From Planctomycetota bacterium (lineage in GTDB: Bacteria; Planctomycetota; MHYJ01; WSZJ01), in assembly GCA_038060895.1 (NCBI GenBank), contig JBBTCT010000018.1, forward strand, positions 32,001 to 96,000: 64,000 nt of DNA, read 5' to 3'. This document shows positions 30,616 to 39,817 of this stretch, piece by piece (positions within the stretch are counted from its first letter, which is position 1; each line of letters starts with the position of its first letter). The position numbers were made by a program, and so were the translations under genes. Under the pieces are notes generated by a model that saw only the letters and a list, made by a program, of their open reading frames with translations, was not told the origin of the DNA and ran no database searches.

Positions 30616-31400
30616 GCAACACATTGTATCGCAACGTATCGCACAAGTCAAGCGACAATCTGGGGAGGAAGTGATATCACTCGCTCGGCGACAGGCTCAA
30701 CGCGGAGGCGGTACGCGCGCGTTGGGTTCGCGCGAGCCGGGCCGGGAAGCGAGGGCGGAGAGAGCGAAGCGAGTCGATTTGCCGCATTTCGCCCATTCGC
30801 GGGACCCGCGCACCGAATAGGTAAACCCGGACCCCCGTTTGCGGGCGGACTGGCAACGCGCCGGAGTCGCGGATTAGATCGGTTTTCGCGAGGTTCCATC
30901 GGCCTGCTTGGATAGGTTGCGCGGGAGTCTCGCGCGGCGGAATGAGAATGAAGCGAGCGGTCCGGGCGCGTCCCCTGCCGCACGTCCTCGCGCTCTAACC
31001 CGCAAGGCCGGGCCGCTCGCTCCGGCGGGACGATATCACGGGGCGCGGGGTGGCGAGCGGGCGAACCGGTGCGGGGCAGGTGGAAGGCGTCGCGGGTCCT
31101 CCGCGCTTGCCCTGTATGTCCCCGCGGAGAGAGCCTCTCCCGACGAAATCAAAACCCCGGTCGGGTCGGCTCGATACGTCCAATGGTAGGGCTCAGGGTA
31201 TGGCAGGGAGGGAACGCAACCCGACCGGGACACAAATTCTACGAAGGTCCGGGAGACCGGCAAGTAAGCGGAGGGGCCGGGGGAGGGTCGCGGTCATCAG
31301 GTCCATTTCCGTTCGCGTTCGGAGTCCCGTGTCCCATACGATCCACCGACGGGGGAAGCGGCTCGACCTTTCTAAGTGGCACTCTAGGAAGCGCGAAAAC

Positions 31401-32384
31401 ATGGAGATGACTCCTCGCGAGGCGTTCGACGCAAGCCTCGAAGATTTCAGGGGCTTTCAGGCGGAGATCGCCAAATTTGGCCTCACTTGGCTTCAGAAGC
31501 TATCTGCCCACATGAAGCCGTCGGTGGGTGCTCAGCAACTTCGCGAGATCGCCGACCAAGAGGCTGGGAGACTCATGCGGTACATCATCCTTCGAGTAGG
31601 CGCAGGCATTCCCGAATCGAACACTCGCGCGAAGGCGCTCCCCGCACTCTTCTACCGAGGGCTATTCCCAGAGACGGGCCCTGCGGAAACCCTAGCTCAG
31701 ATTGCGGACTACAGAGCCGACGGTCCGGTTGCGTTCTCTCGCTGCTTGTTCAAGCGGAGCGGCATGATCCCACCGCTTGAGTTGCAGGTTCTCGCGGCGA
31801 AGCAGACGAAGGGCCAGATGGACGACTATGAGAAGATTTTTCGCCTTTTTGCGGAGGGTCTCGCCGAGAAACACGGTCTCCCTGACACACTGGATGCAGA
31901 ACCGGCCCAGAGGGGACGTCCTGTCGCGGTCGATGAGATTGAGGAAATCAGTCCGCTGAGAGGGGCCGAGTCAGCGACGGACCAGCGCGCCGCTTGGGAG
32001 CTTCTGAGTTCCGCGATGCGCTCCGGAGCCGTGGACATAGGAGTTCGCGAGAATCACGCGAACAATCTCCTGGCGAACACAAGCTCGACAGGAGCGGGAC
32101 TAAATTACATCTTTTCCGTCGGATGTCTGGCAGTACCGGTCGTTTTCTACTTCGGGGGCTGGAAAATCGGACTCGCCGTACTGGTCCCCCTTGCGCTGAT
32201 CTACCAGCTCATCGGAGTCATGGCCCGTTCACGAGTGCGGCGATTCGCGATGGAGGACCGGATCTTATTTCACACGATGATCGAAACGGATTCGATTCGA
32301 CCAAGGATCAACCCGAACGCCTTTCCGCCTCCATTCACCGCGGAGGAGTTGGCAAGGCTCATCGACCAATCTCGACCGCGCTAA
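31401..32384 (+). CDS. Hypothetical protein with two C-terminal TM helices
   Basis: 327-aa ORF from MEMTPRE; cargo region. Confidence 0.6.
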   Translation: MEMTPREAFDASLEDFRGFQAEIAKFGLTWLQKLSAHMKPSVGAQQLREIADQEAGRLMRYIILRVGAGIPESNTRAKALPALFYRGLFPETGPAETLAQIADYRADGPVAFSRCLFKRSGMIPPLELQVLAAKQTKGQMDDYEKIFRLFAEGLAEKHGLPDTLDAEPAQRGRPVAVDEIEEISPLRGAESATDQRAAWELLSSAMRSGAVDIGVRENHANNLLANTSSTGAGLNYIFSVGCLAVPVVFYFGGWKIGLAVLVPLALIYQLIGVMARSRVRRFAMEDRILFHTMIETDSIRPRINPNAFPPPFTAEELARLIDQSRPR

Positions 32385-32471
32385 AGTTCGCCCGTCGAAC
32401 AGGTCATCCCTCCGCGAGTCCAGTTCCATCGCCGAGGAACCGTTCCGTCGAGAACCGGAAGAGTGTCCCGG

Positions 32472-33194
32472 CTACTTCTCCATTGCGCGTCGCTTCTCAA
32501 TTCGCTCTTTGGCTTTGCGAGCGAAATCCTCATCGGATGCTGAGTCCTTGAACAGGTCCTTGAACGGGTTAACCCGGCTCGCCGCGAAGCTGTCGCGGCA
32601 TGCCGACTGGACTCGCAGGATCATTGCCAAATAGCGAAGCCGCTTTTCCTCCTGGGGAGCGGTCCCGAGGTCCTCAAGGACCGAGTCTTCGACTTCCTTC
32701 CAGAGAGCCCCTCTCGCATCGTCGGTTTTCACCTGAAGAAACGTCTGAATCCATGAGACTTCGCTTTCAGGAAGAGGGCTCTGGAGTCGAAGTAGGTTGG
32801 ACAGGCCGCTCGGTTGCAACTTGATGCGGTCCATGTAAAGGGCGTGCATGACGCCTTCGGAGGGAGTCGAGTGGTAGGCCACGCGGTTCATCGACCATCG
32901 GAAACTAGAACTTTGCTCGGACAGATTCAGGTTGCCACGCTCTCCGTCGATGGTGTACCACGTGACCCTTCCATCGACCGCTTGAGCCTCCCACAACTCC
33001 GCACGCGCCGCCGCCGCTTCGATGATTTGTTGAATTGAGTCTTCCTTCGCCTTCCTCTCCGCTGAGAAGCGCGCTTCCAGTTCTTGCCGCTCGTCGCGCC
33101 GTTTGGAATACAGCACGCCACCAACCGAGACGCCAGCAACCGAGACGATGGCAAGCGCCAAGAATCCATATGCTCGCTTCAGTCGTGGCTCCAT
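32472..33194 (-). CDS. Hypothetical N-terminally anchored protein
   Basis: TM GFLALAIVSVAGVSVGGVLY then coiled coil; start uncertain. Confidence 0.55.
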   Translation of the reverse strand: MEPRLKRAYGFLALAIVSVAGVSVGGVLYSKRRDERQELEARFSAERKAKEDSIQQIIEAAAARAELWEAQAVDGRVTWYTIDGERGNLNLSEQSSSFRWSMNRVAYHSTPSEGVMHALYMDRIKLQPSGLSNLLRLQSPLPESEVSWIQTFLQVKTDDARGALWKEVEDSVLEDLGTAPQEEKRLRYLAMILRVQSACRDSFAASRVNPFKDLFKDSASDEDFARKAKERIEKRRAMEK

Positions 33195-33312
33195 GCTCCC
33201 GATCATACCTTCCGGGATGTCCGATTCTCGGAACGTGTACGGCAGGAAATCGAGCGAGTAGGCTTGTCCCGGAAGCTCACGCTCTTGCGTCGCATCATTC
33301 GGAGGAAGGTCC

Positions 33313-33711
33313 GTGGAGATTCCGTTCGCGATGTTTGCCGACCACGTCAGTACGACGAACGACGGCAAGCTGAACATCCTCGGCGTCTTTGAGACTGTCA
33401 AAGTCTCCGCCGGGTCAGCGCTGGCCCAGTGCTTCCTCCTCTATCGCGTCGAAGCTAATCGCGAGGAATTGCTGAATCCGCAGGCCGTGGCGGCATCCGT
33501 CCACAAGCCGGACGGAACCGAAGTGATGAGGTTCGAGACTTCCTTGATGTTCGGAAATGTCAGCGGATCGCCTGCGGGAACTGTTTTTCGGGCGAACGTC
33601 GCCCTGTGCCTTCAGGGCGTGAGATTCGACATAGCGGGCGAATGGAAGGCGCGATTCATGGGCGGGGGCGGGGAACTTGCCCAGATCACTCTTCTGGTTG
33701 AATTGCGGTAG
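33313..33711 (+). CDS. DUF6941-like beta protein
   Basis: FADHV...DGKLNILGVF...F...GEW; GGAGG RBS. Confidence 0.7.
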   Translation: MEIPFAMFADHVSTTNDGKLNILGVFETVKVSAGSALAQCFLLYRVEANREELLNPQAVAASVHKPDGTEVMRFETSLMFGNVSGSPAGTVFRANVALCLQGVRFDIAGEWKARFMGGGGELAQITLLVELR

Positions 33712-33734
33712 AGGCCAAACGTCCGGAGCGTGGC

Positions 33735-33986
33735 ATGGTAGGGTCTGCCGCCAAGAAACTTCTCGACCAGATGCGGGCCACCTCGGCGGGATGGTCCGAA
33801 CAGGACTTCTCGCGCTTGTTCCTCGGCTACGGCTTCGACAAAAAGGGCGGCGGCGGTCACACGAAATACTCCCACCCTCGCTATCCTGCGTTGCTCATCA
33901 CGGTGCCTCGTCACCGAAAATTGAAGAATTGGGTAGCCCGAGAAGCCGTTAAACTGATCGAGAAGCTGGAGGCCCTCGGAGGTTAG
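33735..33986 (+). CDS. hicA: HicA-family toxin
   Basis: YGF...GGGGH.KY.HP.....ITVPRH. Confidence 0.85.
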   Translation: MVGSAAKKLLDQMRATSAGWSEQDFSRLFLGYGFDKKGGGGHTKYSHPRYPALLITVPRHRKLKNWVAREAVKLIEKLEALGG

Positions 33987-33990
33987 CCGC

Positions 33991-34407
33991 ATGAAGAGCA
34001 AAGAAGGAAAGAGCAAGGTAGTGGGAGTCATCGTCGGAACAAAAGGCCGAGTGCAGCACTTCGGCGTTGAGTTGAGTCTTGAAACCGACGATGACGGGAG
34101 TAGCTACTACCTCGCTCGGTCCATCGAAATTCCTGGATGTATGAGTGATGGATCTAGCATCGAAGAAGCGCTGATGAACTTGGGGGACGCGATTCAGCTC
34201 TGCCTTACCACGAGCGAGAGTGCGACGTCAAAGCGAGCGCCCATCGACAAGGGTTATGGTTCGGACTTGTTCGTAAAGGGAGCAAGTTTGCAGCTCTTCC
34301 AAACGAAGTCCTCATCCTCCCCTGCGTCTGCGGTCTCTGGTCCGATTGCGGAATCCAACCTGTATCCGCTGCCGACCAGACGTGGAGCGCTGGCGAACGC
34401 AAAGTAG
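33991..34407 (+). CDS. hicB: HicB-family antitoxin
   Basis: DDDGS.Y.A...EIPGCMSDG.SIEEAL.NL.DAI. Confidence 0.85.
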   Translation: MKSKEGKSKVVGVIVGTKGRVQHFGVELSLETDDDGSSYYLARSIEIPGCMSDGSSIEEALMNLGDAIQLCLTTSESATSKRAPIDKGYGSDLFVKGASLQLFQTKSSSSPASAVSGPIAESNLYPLPTRRGALANAK

Positions 34408-34497
34408 GCGTCGAGTGAAGGGCCGTTCGGAGAGTCTCAGGCTCAAGCTCCCCTTATGGCGCGAGAGGCTTCGATGGCCACGGCGAGCCGCACAGGT

Positions 34498-34725
34498 TCA
34501 TGGCCCAAGCTTCCTTCCGGCAGCGCGCTTCCGGTAGGGGCGGTATCCCTCCGCAAGCCGCTCGCGCCTGAGCTTCTCCACCGCGTCGAGGGGGACACGG
34601 ATTGCACGGCCAAAGCGAAAGGAGGGAAGGACCCCGGCCCTGACCATTCTGTAGATCGTGGTCTGGCTTACTTCGAGAAGCCGGGCGACAGTCCTCATGC
34701 TTGCATCGATGGAGTGATCGGGCAT
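34498..34725 (-). CDS. Excisionase-like HTH_17 protein
   Basis: VARLLEVSQTTIYRMVRAG.LPSFRFGRAIRVP. Confidence 0.82.
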   Translation of the reverse strand: MPDHSIDASMRTVARLLEVSQTTIYRMVRAGVLPSFRFGRAIRVPLDAVEKLRRERLAEGYRPYRKRAAGRKLGP

Positions 34726-34894
34726 GACGGGCTCCAAGTAGGGGGAGGGAGGCACGAATCGGAGGGGCGGTCATTAGGTGCATTCCCCGTGAAAAAAGGG
34801 GGGTCCACGGTGGATCGTTCCACCGACTGAGCTTGGTAGACTGCGGCAGCAGGGCATGGGGAGTTTCTGGCCGCATAAGTCGGAAGAGAGAGCG

Positions 34895-35116
34895 ATGGGA
34901 ACAGCCGAGCGAATCGCGGGATGGCTAACGCCCCTCCTAATCCTCGGTCACATTTTCGCCTTCTTCGGCGTGGCAATTCGCCTCTGGGACCACGGCGCTT
35001 GGTTTTGGATTTGGATTTGTGGAGGTGGTGAGATCGCCTGCGGGACGGCATACGCCATAGTGACGTGGCCGATTGCTTGGGTGCTGGCGGGTATCTCAAA
35101 GCTGCTTGGAGAGTGA
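34895..35116 (+). CDS. Small hydrophobic membrane protein
   Basis: 73-aa Trp-rich ORF with two TM helices. Confidence 0.45.
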   Translation: MGTAERIAGWLTPLLILGHIFAFFGVAIRLWDHGAWFWIWICGGGEIACGTAYAIVTWPIAWVLAGISKLLGE

Positions 35117-35144
35117 CTTCGCTCCCGCCTCAACGAGGGAGAAG

Positions 35145-35546
35145 TCACGCCCGCGCCTTGATCGTGGCGACAAGGATCGTTGAGGAAAACTTCAACATGC
35201 CTGTTAGCGCCTCCGCCCTTTGAAGCGGCGTCATCTTCGAGTCCGGGTCGGAAATCAATTTCAGGACGAAGCAGAGCGCCGCCTCAATTTCGTCCGGGCA
35301 GGGAAGAGCCTTCTTCGTCTCGCTCCAATCGAACCGCTTGTCCCTCTCCGCGACTGGATTGGGGACGCGGATTTCGTAGCGCCTGAAGTCGTCGTCCTCC
35401 TCGATTTCCTCTTCCTCGCCCCCGGCTTCGGTCTCCGGTTCCGGCGGCGTCAGGACTTCCTTCAGGTGCGAGCCAAGCGTCCCCTCCCGCGCCCGCTCGC
35501 TCGCCCGGCGGTTGTAGGCGTTGACTTCCTCGTTAGACATGGCCAT
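35145..35546 (-). CDS. Hypothetical protein with acidic tract
   Basis: Overlaps upstream HTH gene, same orientation as replication module. Confidence 0.5.
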   Translation of the reverse strand: MAMSNEEVNAYNRRASERAREGTLGSHLKEVLTPPEPETEAGGEEEEIEEDDDFRRYEIRVPNPVAERDKRFDWSETKKALPCPDEIEAALCFVLKLISDPDSKMTPLQRAEALTGMLKFSSTILVATIKARA

Positions 35547-35787
35547 TCGATGCCCCCTTCCGGTTCTCACGCTTCCAAGGCTTCGCGGGCGCTTCCAGTT
35601 GGCCCCGTAGCCAAGCGTCGAGGGCCGGGATAACAACGCGCAGATTCCTTCCGATCCGAACGGCCTTGATTTCCCCTGAGTAGATCAGCCGCTCAACCGT
35701 CCGCGTACAGCACTCCAAGGCTTGCGCCGTCTCGCGGATCGTTGCGAAGTTCCTTCCGTCTCCAAGCGTTTCAACGCGCGGAATCAT
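35533..35787 (-). CDS. Excisionase-like HTH_17 protein
   Basis: TIRETAQALECCTRTVERLIYSGEIKAVRIGRNLRV. Confidence 0.85.
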   Translation of the reverse strand: MIPRVETLGDGRNFATIRETAQALECCTRTVERLIYSGEIKAVRIGRNLRVVIPALDAWLRGQLEAPAKPWKRENRKGASNGHV

Positions 35788-35790
35788 TCG

Positions 35791-36189
35791 CTATCCGTCC
35801 TTTCGAGTGGGGGGAGGAACGAAGCGAATCCCTTTCCCGGACAACGCTGCACAGTTTTTTCCGGAGAGCGCCGAGGACAAGCCGGGCTCCGGGAAAGCGT
35901 GGACAGAATGGACACAATTCGACCCTCTCTGAATTCTGTCCATTTCGTCCAAGGTTCCGGAGCCCCCTTCCCGGATTTCAGCCTCCCGGCGGGAGAGTTC
36001 GGCGCTTGCCTCTTGAAGCCAGCCGACGAGTTCGAGCAGAGCGGCCTTGTGATCGCGAACGCGGGCGAGCAGGTCCGGGGTCAGCGCGGCTGTTTGGCCC
36101 CTGACTCGAAGCTCGCCTTCCTCCACGCGAAGCCGGATGCCAGCGGCGTAGAGGTCGGCGACGATGTTGGAGGGATAGGGCAGGGTCAT
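35791..36189 (-). CDS. Small protein with TubC N-terminal docking-like domain
   Basis: GIRLRVEEGELRVRG...LTPDLLARVRDHKAALL. Confidence 0.6.
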   Translation of the reverse strand: MTLPYPSNIVADLYAAGIRLRVEEGELRVRGQTAALTPDLLARVRDHKAALLELVGWLQEASAELSRREAEIREGGSGTLDEMDRIQRGSNCVHSVHAFPEPGLSSALSGKNCAALSGKGIRFVPPPTRKDG

Positions 36190-36292
36190 ACCGTGATCTC
36201 CTCGTCGCCACTTTCCGGGGCTGGTGGATCGCCCCCTGTCGGCTCTTGTTCCCGAGGTTGGGTGGCAGGGGTCGGGACAGAATGGACAGAAT
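35900..36292. repeat. Iteron-like (GGACAGAAT)x2 repeats, putative origin
   Basis: 35900-35920, inverted copy 35931-35951, and 36275-36292. Confidence 0.7.
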
Positions 36293-38993
36293 CCGCTGCA
36301 ACCGCCTGCGGGGCGTGTTCGGCAACCTGGGGGTGAACGTCGAAGACGGCGGAGGGGGGGCGGCCCGGTCCCTTGCGCGTCGGCGCGGGTTGCTCCCGGA
36401 GGAAGCCGTGCGCGACAAGGGCATCGAGGGGCGCGTCAACGCCGTCCACGCTGTCAACCGTCCCACGAAGAGCGCGGTACGCATCGCGTCGGGAAATCGT
36501 CAGCGCGCGCGAATCCGCAAGGAAGACGAGCAGCTCGCACGCGGCCTCAATGTTCGGGTCCATGCCCATAGCGCCATGCGCGGCGCGAGCGTGCGCTTCG
36601 GCGTAGCGCGCGAGCTTGACTCCCCGCTCCATCGTCGCGGAGGTGACGGGCGCGCCCATGGACTTGCCCGGCCCGATGCTGTCCCCGCAATGAAGAATCC
36701 CGGCGACACGAAGAGCGAGCCCGCGCGCGCGGTTTGCCCAGTCGCGCAGGTGCGCCAGGTCGCCACCCGGCTTCATGCGCGCTTCAACGTCGGCGGCGTA
36801 TTCTCCGAGAGTAACTTGCGCTTCGGGCGCGAGCTTGAGCGTCAGGACTTCGGGGCGAACCGTCGAGCCCGGCGGAGCTTGCGGCAGAGGCAGGGTGAGC
36901 AAGTCCTTCACGCGCGCGCCGTACGCTTCGTGCGCGTCGAAGTCACGATGCCGGGGCTTCCACTCGCGGGAACCAATCCTCGTTACCGGCTTCGAGTAGA
37001 ACAGGCGGGCAAGTAGGCCACGTCCACGGAGTTCGCGCCGAGCGCCGAAGCCAGAGAGGATTTCCGGCTGGACCGTCAGCCCCACCGTGAGAAGCGGCTC
37101 CCGAAGAATCACGGGCGGACGCGATATCCGATCCACGCGCACGCGGTCCCCGCCGTAGGCTCCGAGGAACAAGTCGAGATTTGCCGGGCCATCGTTGTAG
37201 CGCCCGGTCACGGTTTCGATAACTCCGCCCTCTGCCGCCGCAAAGAGCATCCGCTCCCCGTTCGCTTGCATCAGGTCGCCGAGCTTCTCCGGCGTCACGT
37301 CGCCAACGGTGAGAATCGGCGCGGACGGGATGACGTGCGCCCCCAGCACAAGCTCTGCCTCGCGGAGCGCGGACTCTGCCGTTGCCTTCGCATCCTTCGT
37401 TGCGTTCAACAGCGCTTTCTCTGCCGCCTTGACCTTTGCTCCAAGCACCCGCTGTTCTGCCTTCGCGTTCGCAATCTTAGGTTCCGCATTGCTCGCTAGG
37501 GTCCGCTCGAATTCCCAAACTGGCGCCAGCACCTTCCCGAAAACCGCTGACTTCATTTCGCCGGAAGGCAGGACCAAAACGATGTAGAGGTTGAGAGGTT
37601 CCCTCCATCCCGGCCACGCTTCGATCTGGTACTTACCGGCCAGCGCGGACGCGGCAACCGCTAGCCCGAGCAACGCGGGCAGGTCCGGCGGGCATTGGAG
37701 AGATTCCGCCAACGACTCCGCCGAATCGCCGAGCCACTTGGGGAGAGTGTCGAGCGAGAAGGCGGGCAGGTTCGCTTCCGCGATCATGGGAATCGGATCG
37801 CCCCACGGTTCGGGGGCGGTGCTAGTCGCGGTCGTCCCGTTCGCTCCGGCCTTGCCATTTCGCGGCGTCCCGTAGCCGAGAGCGAGCAGCGCCTTCGCCG
37901 CTTCGGAATCTCTGCCGCCGTGCCGGAGCCGGGAGAAAACCTGCGACGGGCTGTAGCTCTTGTTCACTTCGAATTCGGAGACGTTCGAGCTGAAAGCGTG
38001 GAGGAGCGGCCCGCCCTCCGAGGTCTTGTTATGTCCCAGCGTCGCGCACCTGCCGTCGCCGCCGGGCCGGGTCCAACTCGATTCCCCGTCACGCTCCACG
38101 CCGTACCGCTTCCATCCCGCCCCTTCGAGCAGCGCGGCCACGTCGCCGCGAGAATTGAAATCCTCAAAGGGAGAGAGCCCTTCACCCTCCGCCCGCGCCT
38201 TCATCGCCGGATTGTTCTTTTTCTCTTCCGCCGGGACGAGCCGTGCGACGGCTTCGAGCTTCTCGCGGGAGACGATGCCGAGCGAACCGGGGGAGACGTA
38301 GACGAGTGCGGCGAGCCGGTGCGGACGTTCGGGAGTAGAGCTACCCTTCCGCGCAATCGTTCCGTAGAGCTTCGCGATTCGAGACGCGTTGAAGCAAGAC
38401 GGATCGACCTTGACCTGATCGGTTCCGAAACGAGCGTTGAGCGCGAGCAGGACACGGCGGAGCAGGTCTTTCGAAGCCTCGTCGTTCGGCAGGTCCAAGG
38501 GGTAGAGAACGTGCGCGCCATTGCCGGAGAGGGCGCGGACTCCCGCCACCCACCCTTGTTCACTCTCAAGCCAAGTCCGCGCTGTCCTGGCTATCTCGCA
38601 CGCTGCTTTGACTTCTGCTTTCGTTGAGGAGATTCCGGCCCGCCGTGTCGCGTCGAAATCGAGGTACAGCCAGCGGACCCGGAGAATGTCCGCGTCTTGC
38701 GTCGTGGACTTCGCGTAGTCGTGAAGCTTGTTCACCTCTGCGAGCGCGAGCAGGTCCGGCGACACGGGATTCAAGACCTGATAAATGCCCTTCGCCGTCG
38801 CGCGCGCTTCGAGCTTGGCAACTTCGGCGGCGACTTTCGCGGGATCGTTGAAGAATCCCGCCGCCGTGAAGGGCTTGCCGCTTCCGCGCGTCGAGGAACA
38901 GTCGAGCGCCCGCACCTCGAAGACGGAGCCGGATTCATGGAACAGGCGAAGTGTCCGCTCAATTTCTGCGGGATTGATGGTAAGCGCGGTCAC
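36186..38993 (-). CDS. Replication protein: AEP primase-like N-terminus plus DUF3987 (YfjI) helicase-like domain
   Basis: WLYLDFD, SGNGAH, FNASRIAKLYGT; W.EPLNLY..LV.PSGEMKS, DVTPEKL, LTVQP, GLLARL. Confidence 0.85.
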   Translation of the reverse strand: MTALTINPAEIERTLRLFHESGSVFEVRALDCSSTRGSGKPFTAAGFFNDPAKVAAEVAKLEARATAKGIYQVLNPVSPDLLALAEVNKLHDYAKSTTQDADILRVRWLYLDFDATRRAGISSTKAEVKAACEIARTARTWLESEQGWVAGVRALSGNGAHVLYPLDLPNDEASKDLLRRVLLALNARFGTDQVKVDPSCFNASRIAKLYGTIARKGSSTPERPHRLAALVYVSPGSLGIVSREKLEAVARLVPAEEKKNNPAMKARAEGEGLSPFEDFNSRGDVAALLEGAGWKRYGVERDGESSWTRPGGDGRCATLGHNKTSEGGPLLHAFSSNVSEFEVNKSYSPSQVFSRLRHGGRDSEAAKALLALGYGTPRNGKAGANGTTATSTAPEPWGDPIPMIAEANLPAFSLDTLPKWLGDSAESLAESLQCPPDLPALLGLAVAASALAGKYQIEAWPGWREPLNLYIVLVLPSGEMKSAVFGKVLAPVWEFERTLASNAEPKIANAKAEQRVLGAKVKAAEKALLNATKDAKATAESALREAELVLGAHVIPSAPILTVGDVTPEKLGDLMQANGERMLFAAAEGGVIETVTGRYNDGPANLDLFLGAYGGDRVRVDRISRPPVILREPLLTVGLTVQPEILSGFGARRELRGRGLLARLFYSKPVTRIGSREWKPRHRDFDAHEAYGARVKDLLTLPLPQAPPGSTVRPEVLTLKLAPEAQVTLGEYAADVEARMKPGGDLAHLRDWANRARGLALRVAGILHCGDSIGPGKSMGAPVTSATMERGVKLARYAEAHARAAHGAMGMDPNIEAACELLVFLADSRALTISRRDAYRALRGTVDSVDGVDAPLDALVAHGFLREQPAPTRKGPGRPPSAVFDVHPQVAEHAPQAVAADSVHSVPTPATQPREQEPTGGDPPAPESGDEEITV

Positions 38994-39304
38994 TTGAGTT
39001 TCTCCGAATTGAGCGGGCTGGGCGCGCGTTCGAGAACTTCGACCTCGTAGACCTTCGCGCGCACCTGATCGAAACCGGTGAATGTGATGCGAACGCGGTC
39101 GCCGATGCATGGATCGGCGGCTCTCCACGCGGCGCGCAGGCGCGGAGGGATGTAGACCGCTTGCAGGATCGACCCAGCGTCGATGAACGCGCGATCCAGC
39201 AGCCCAAACCGGGCGCGGACGTCGCGCTTTACGGCTATGACGCACCCCAAGAGCGAGTCTCCCGGGACCTGGAACCTGTAGCGCAGAAGTGTCGATGTTT
39301 TCAT
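38990..39304 (-). CDS. Possible OB-fold ssDNA-binding protein
   Basis: PGDSLLG...IGDRVRITFTG...KVYEVEV; directly upstream of replicase. Confidence 0.4.
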   Translation of the reverse strand: MKTSTLLRYRFQVPGDSLLGCVIAVKRDVRARFGLLDRAFIDAGSILQAVYIPPRLRAAWRAADPCIGDRVRITFTGFDQVRAKVYEVEVLERAPSPLNSEKLK

Positions 39305-39451
39305 CTCAGGGACTCCGAAGGCAGGGTTGCGAGGGCGGAGGGAAGGTCCAAGTGGGAGGTGAGGTTCACGGGCGGGCTCGATCCACGCCGAGCCGAACGT
39401 AGCCAAGCGCCCACTTCAGCAGGGGGGATTCGAGAAGGTTGGAGTTCGAGT

Positions 39452-39775
39452 TCACGATTCCTTCCCGTCTCCGCTGCGCTCGTGCGGCAGAGGGTAGGCC
39501 TTCCGCAACGCGTCGAGGATCGCCGGGTTGCCGACCCTTGCCCTTGCTGGGGCTCGGACTGTGATTTCACGGCGGCGGAGCGCGTCGAGAAACGACACTC
39601 TCCGGAGGAGCAGCCTGCGACCGCATCGAGTGAAGGGGCCGCAGAGTCCCTTCCGGATCGCCTTCCATGCGGCGTCTACGCCGACACCCAGGACGCGGGC
39701 CACGTCCTCGACGCGCAGGATTTCAGGCAGACAGGCGCGAGCAACGTCTACTTCGAACGAGGTTTCGTTTTCCAT
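39452..39775 (-). CDS. HTH DNA-binding protein (excisionase/AlpA-like)
   Basis: LPEILRVEDVARVLGV......IRKG......GRRLL. Confidence 0.75.
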   Translation of the reverse strand: MENETSFEVDVARACLPEILRVEDVARVLGVGVDAAWKAIRKGLCGPFTRCGRRLLLRRVSFLDALRRREITVRAPARARVGNPAILDALRKAYPLPHERSGDGKES

Positions 39776-39817
39776 ACCCCCTTACGGGGGCAAAGACTCC
39801 CGACTTGAAGAAGAATT

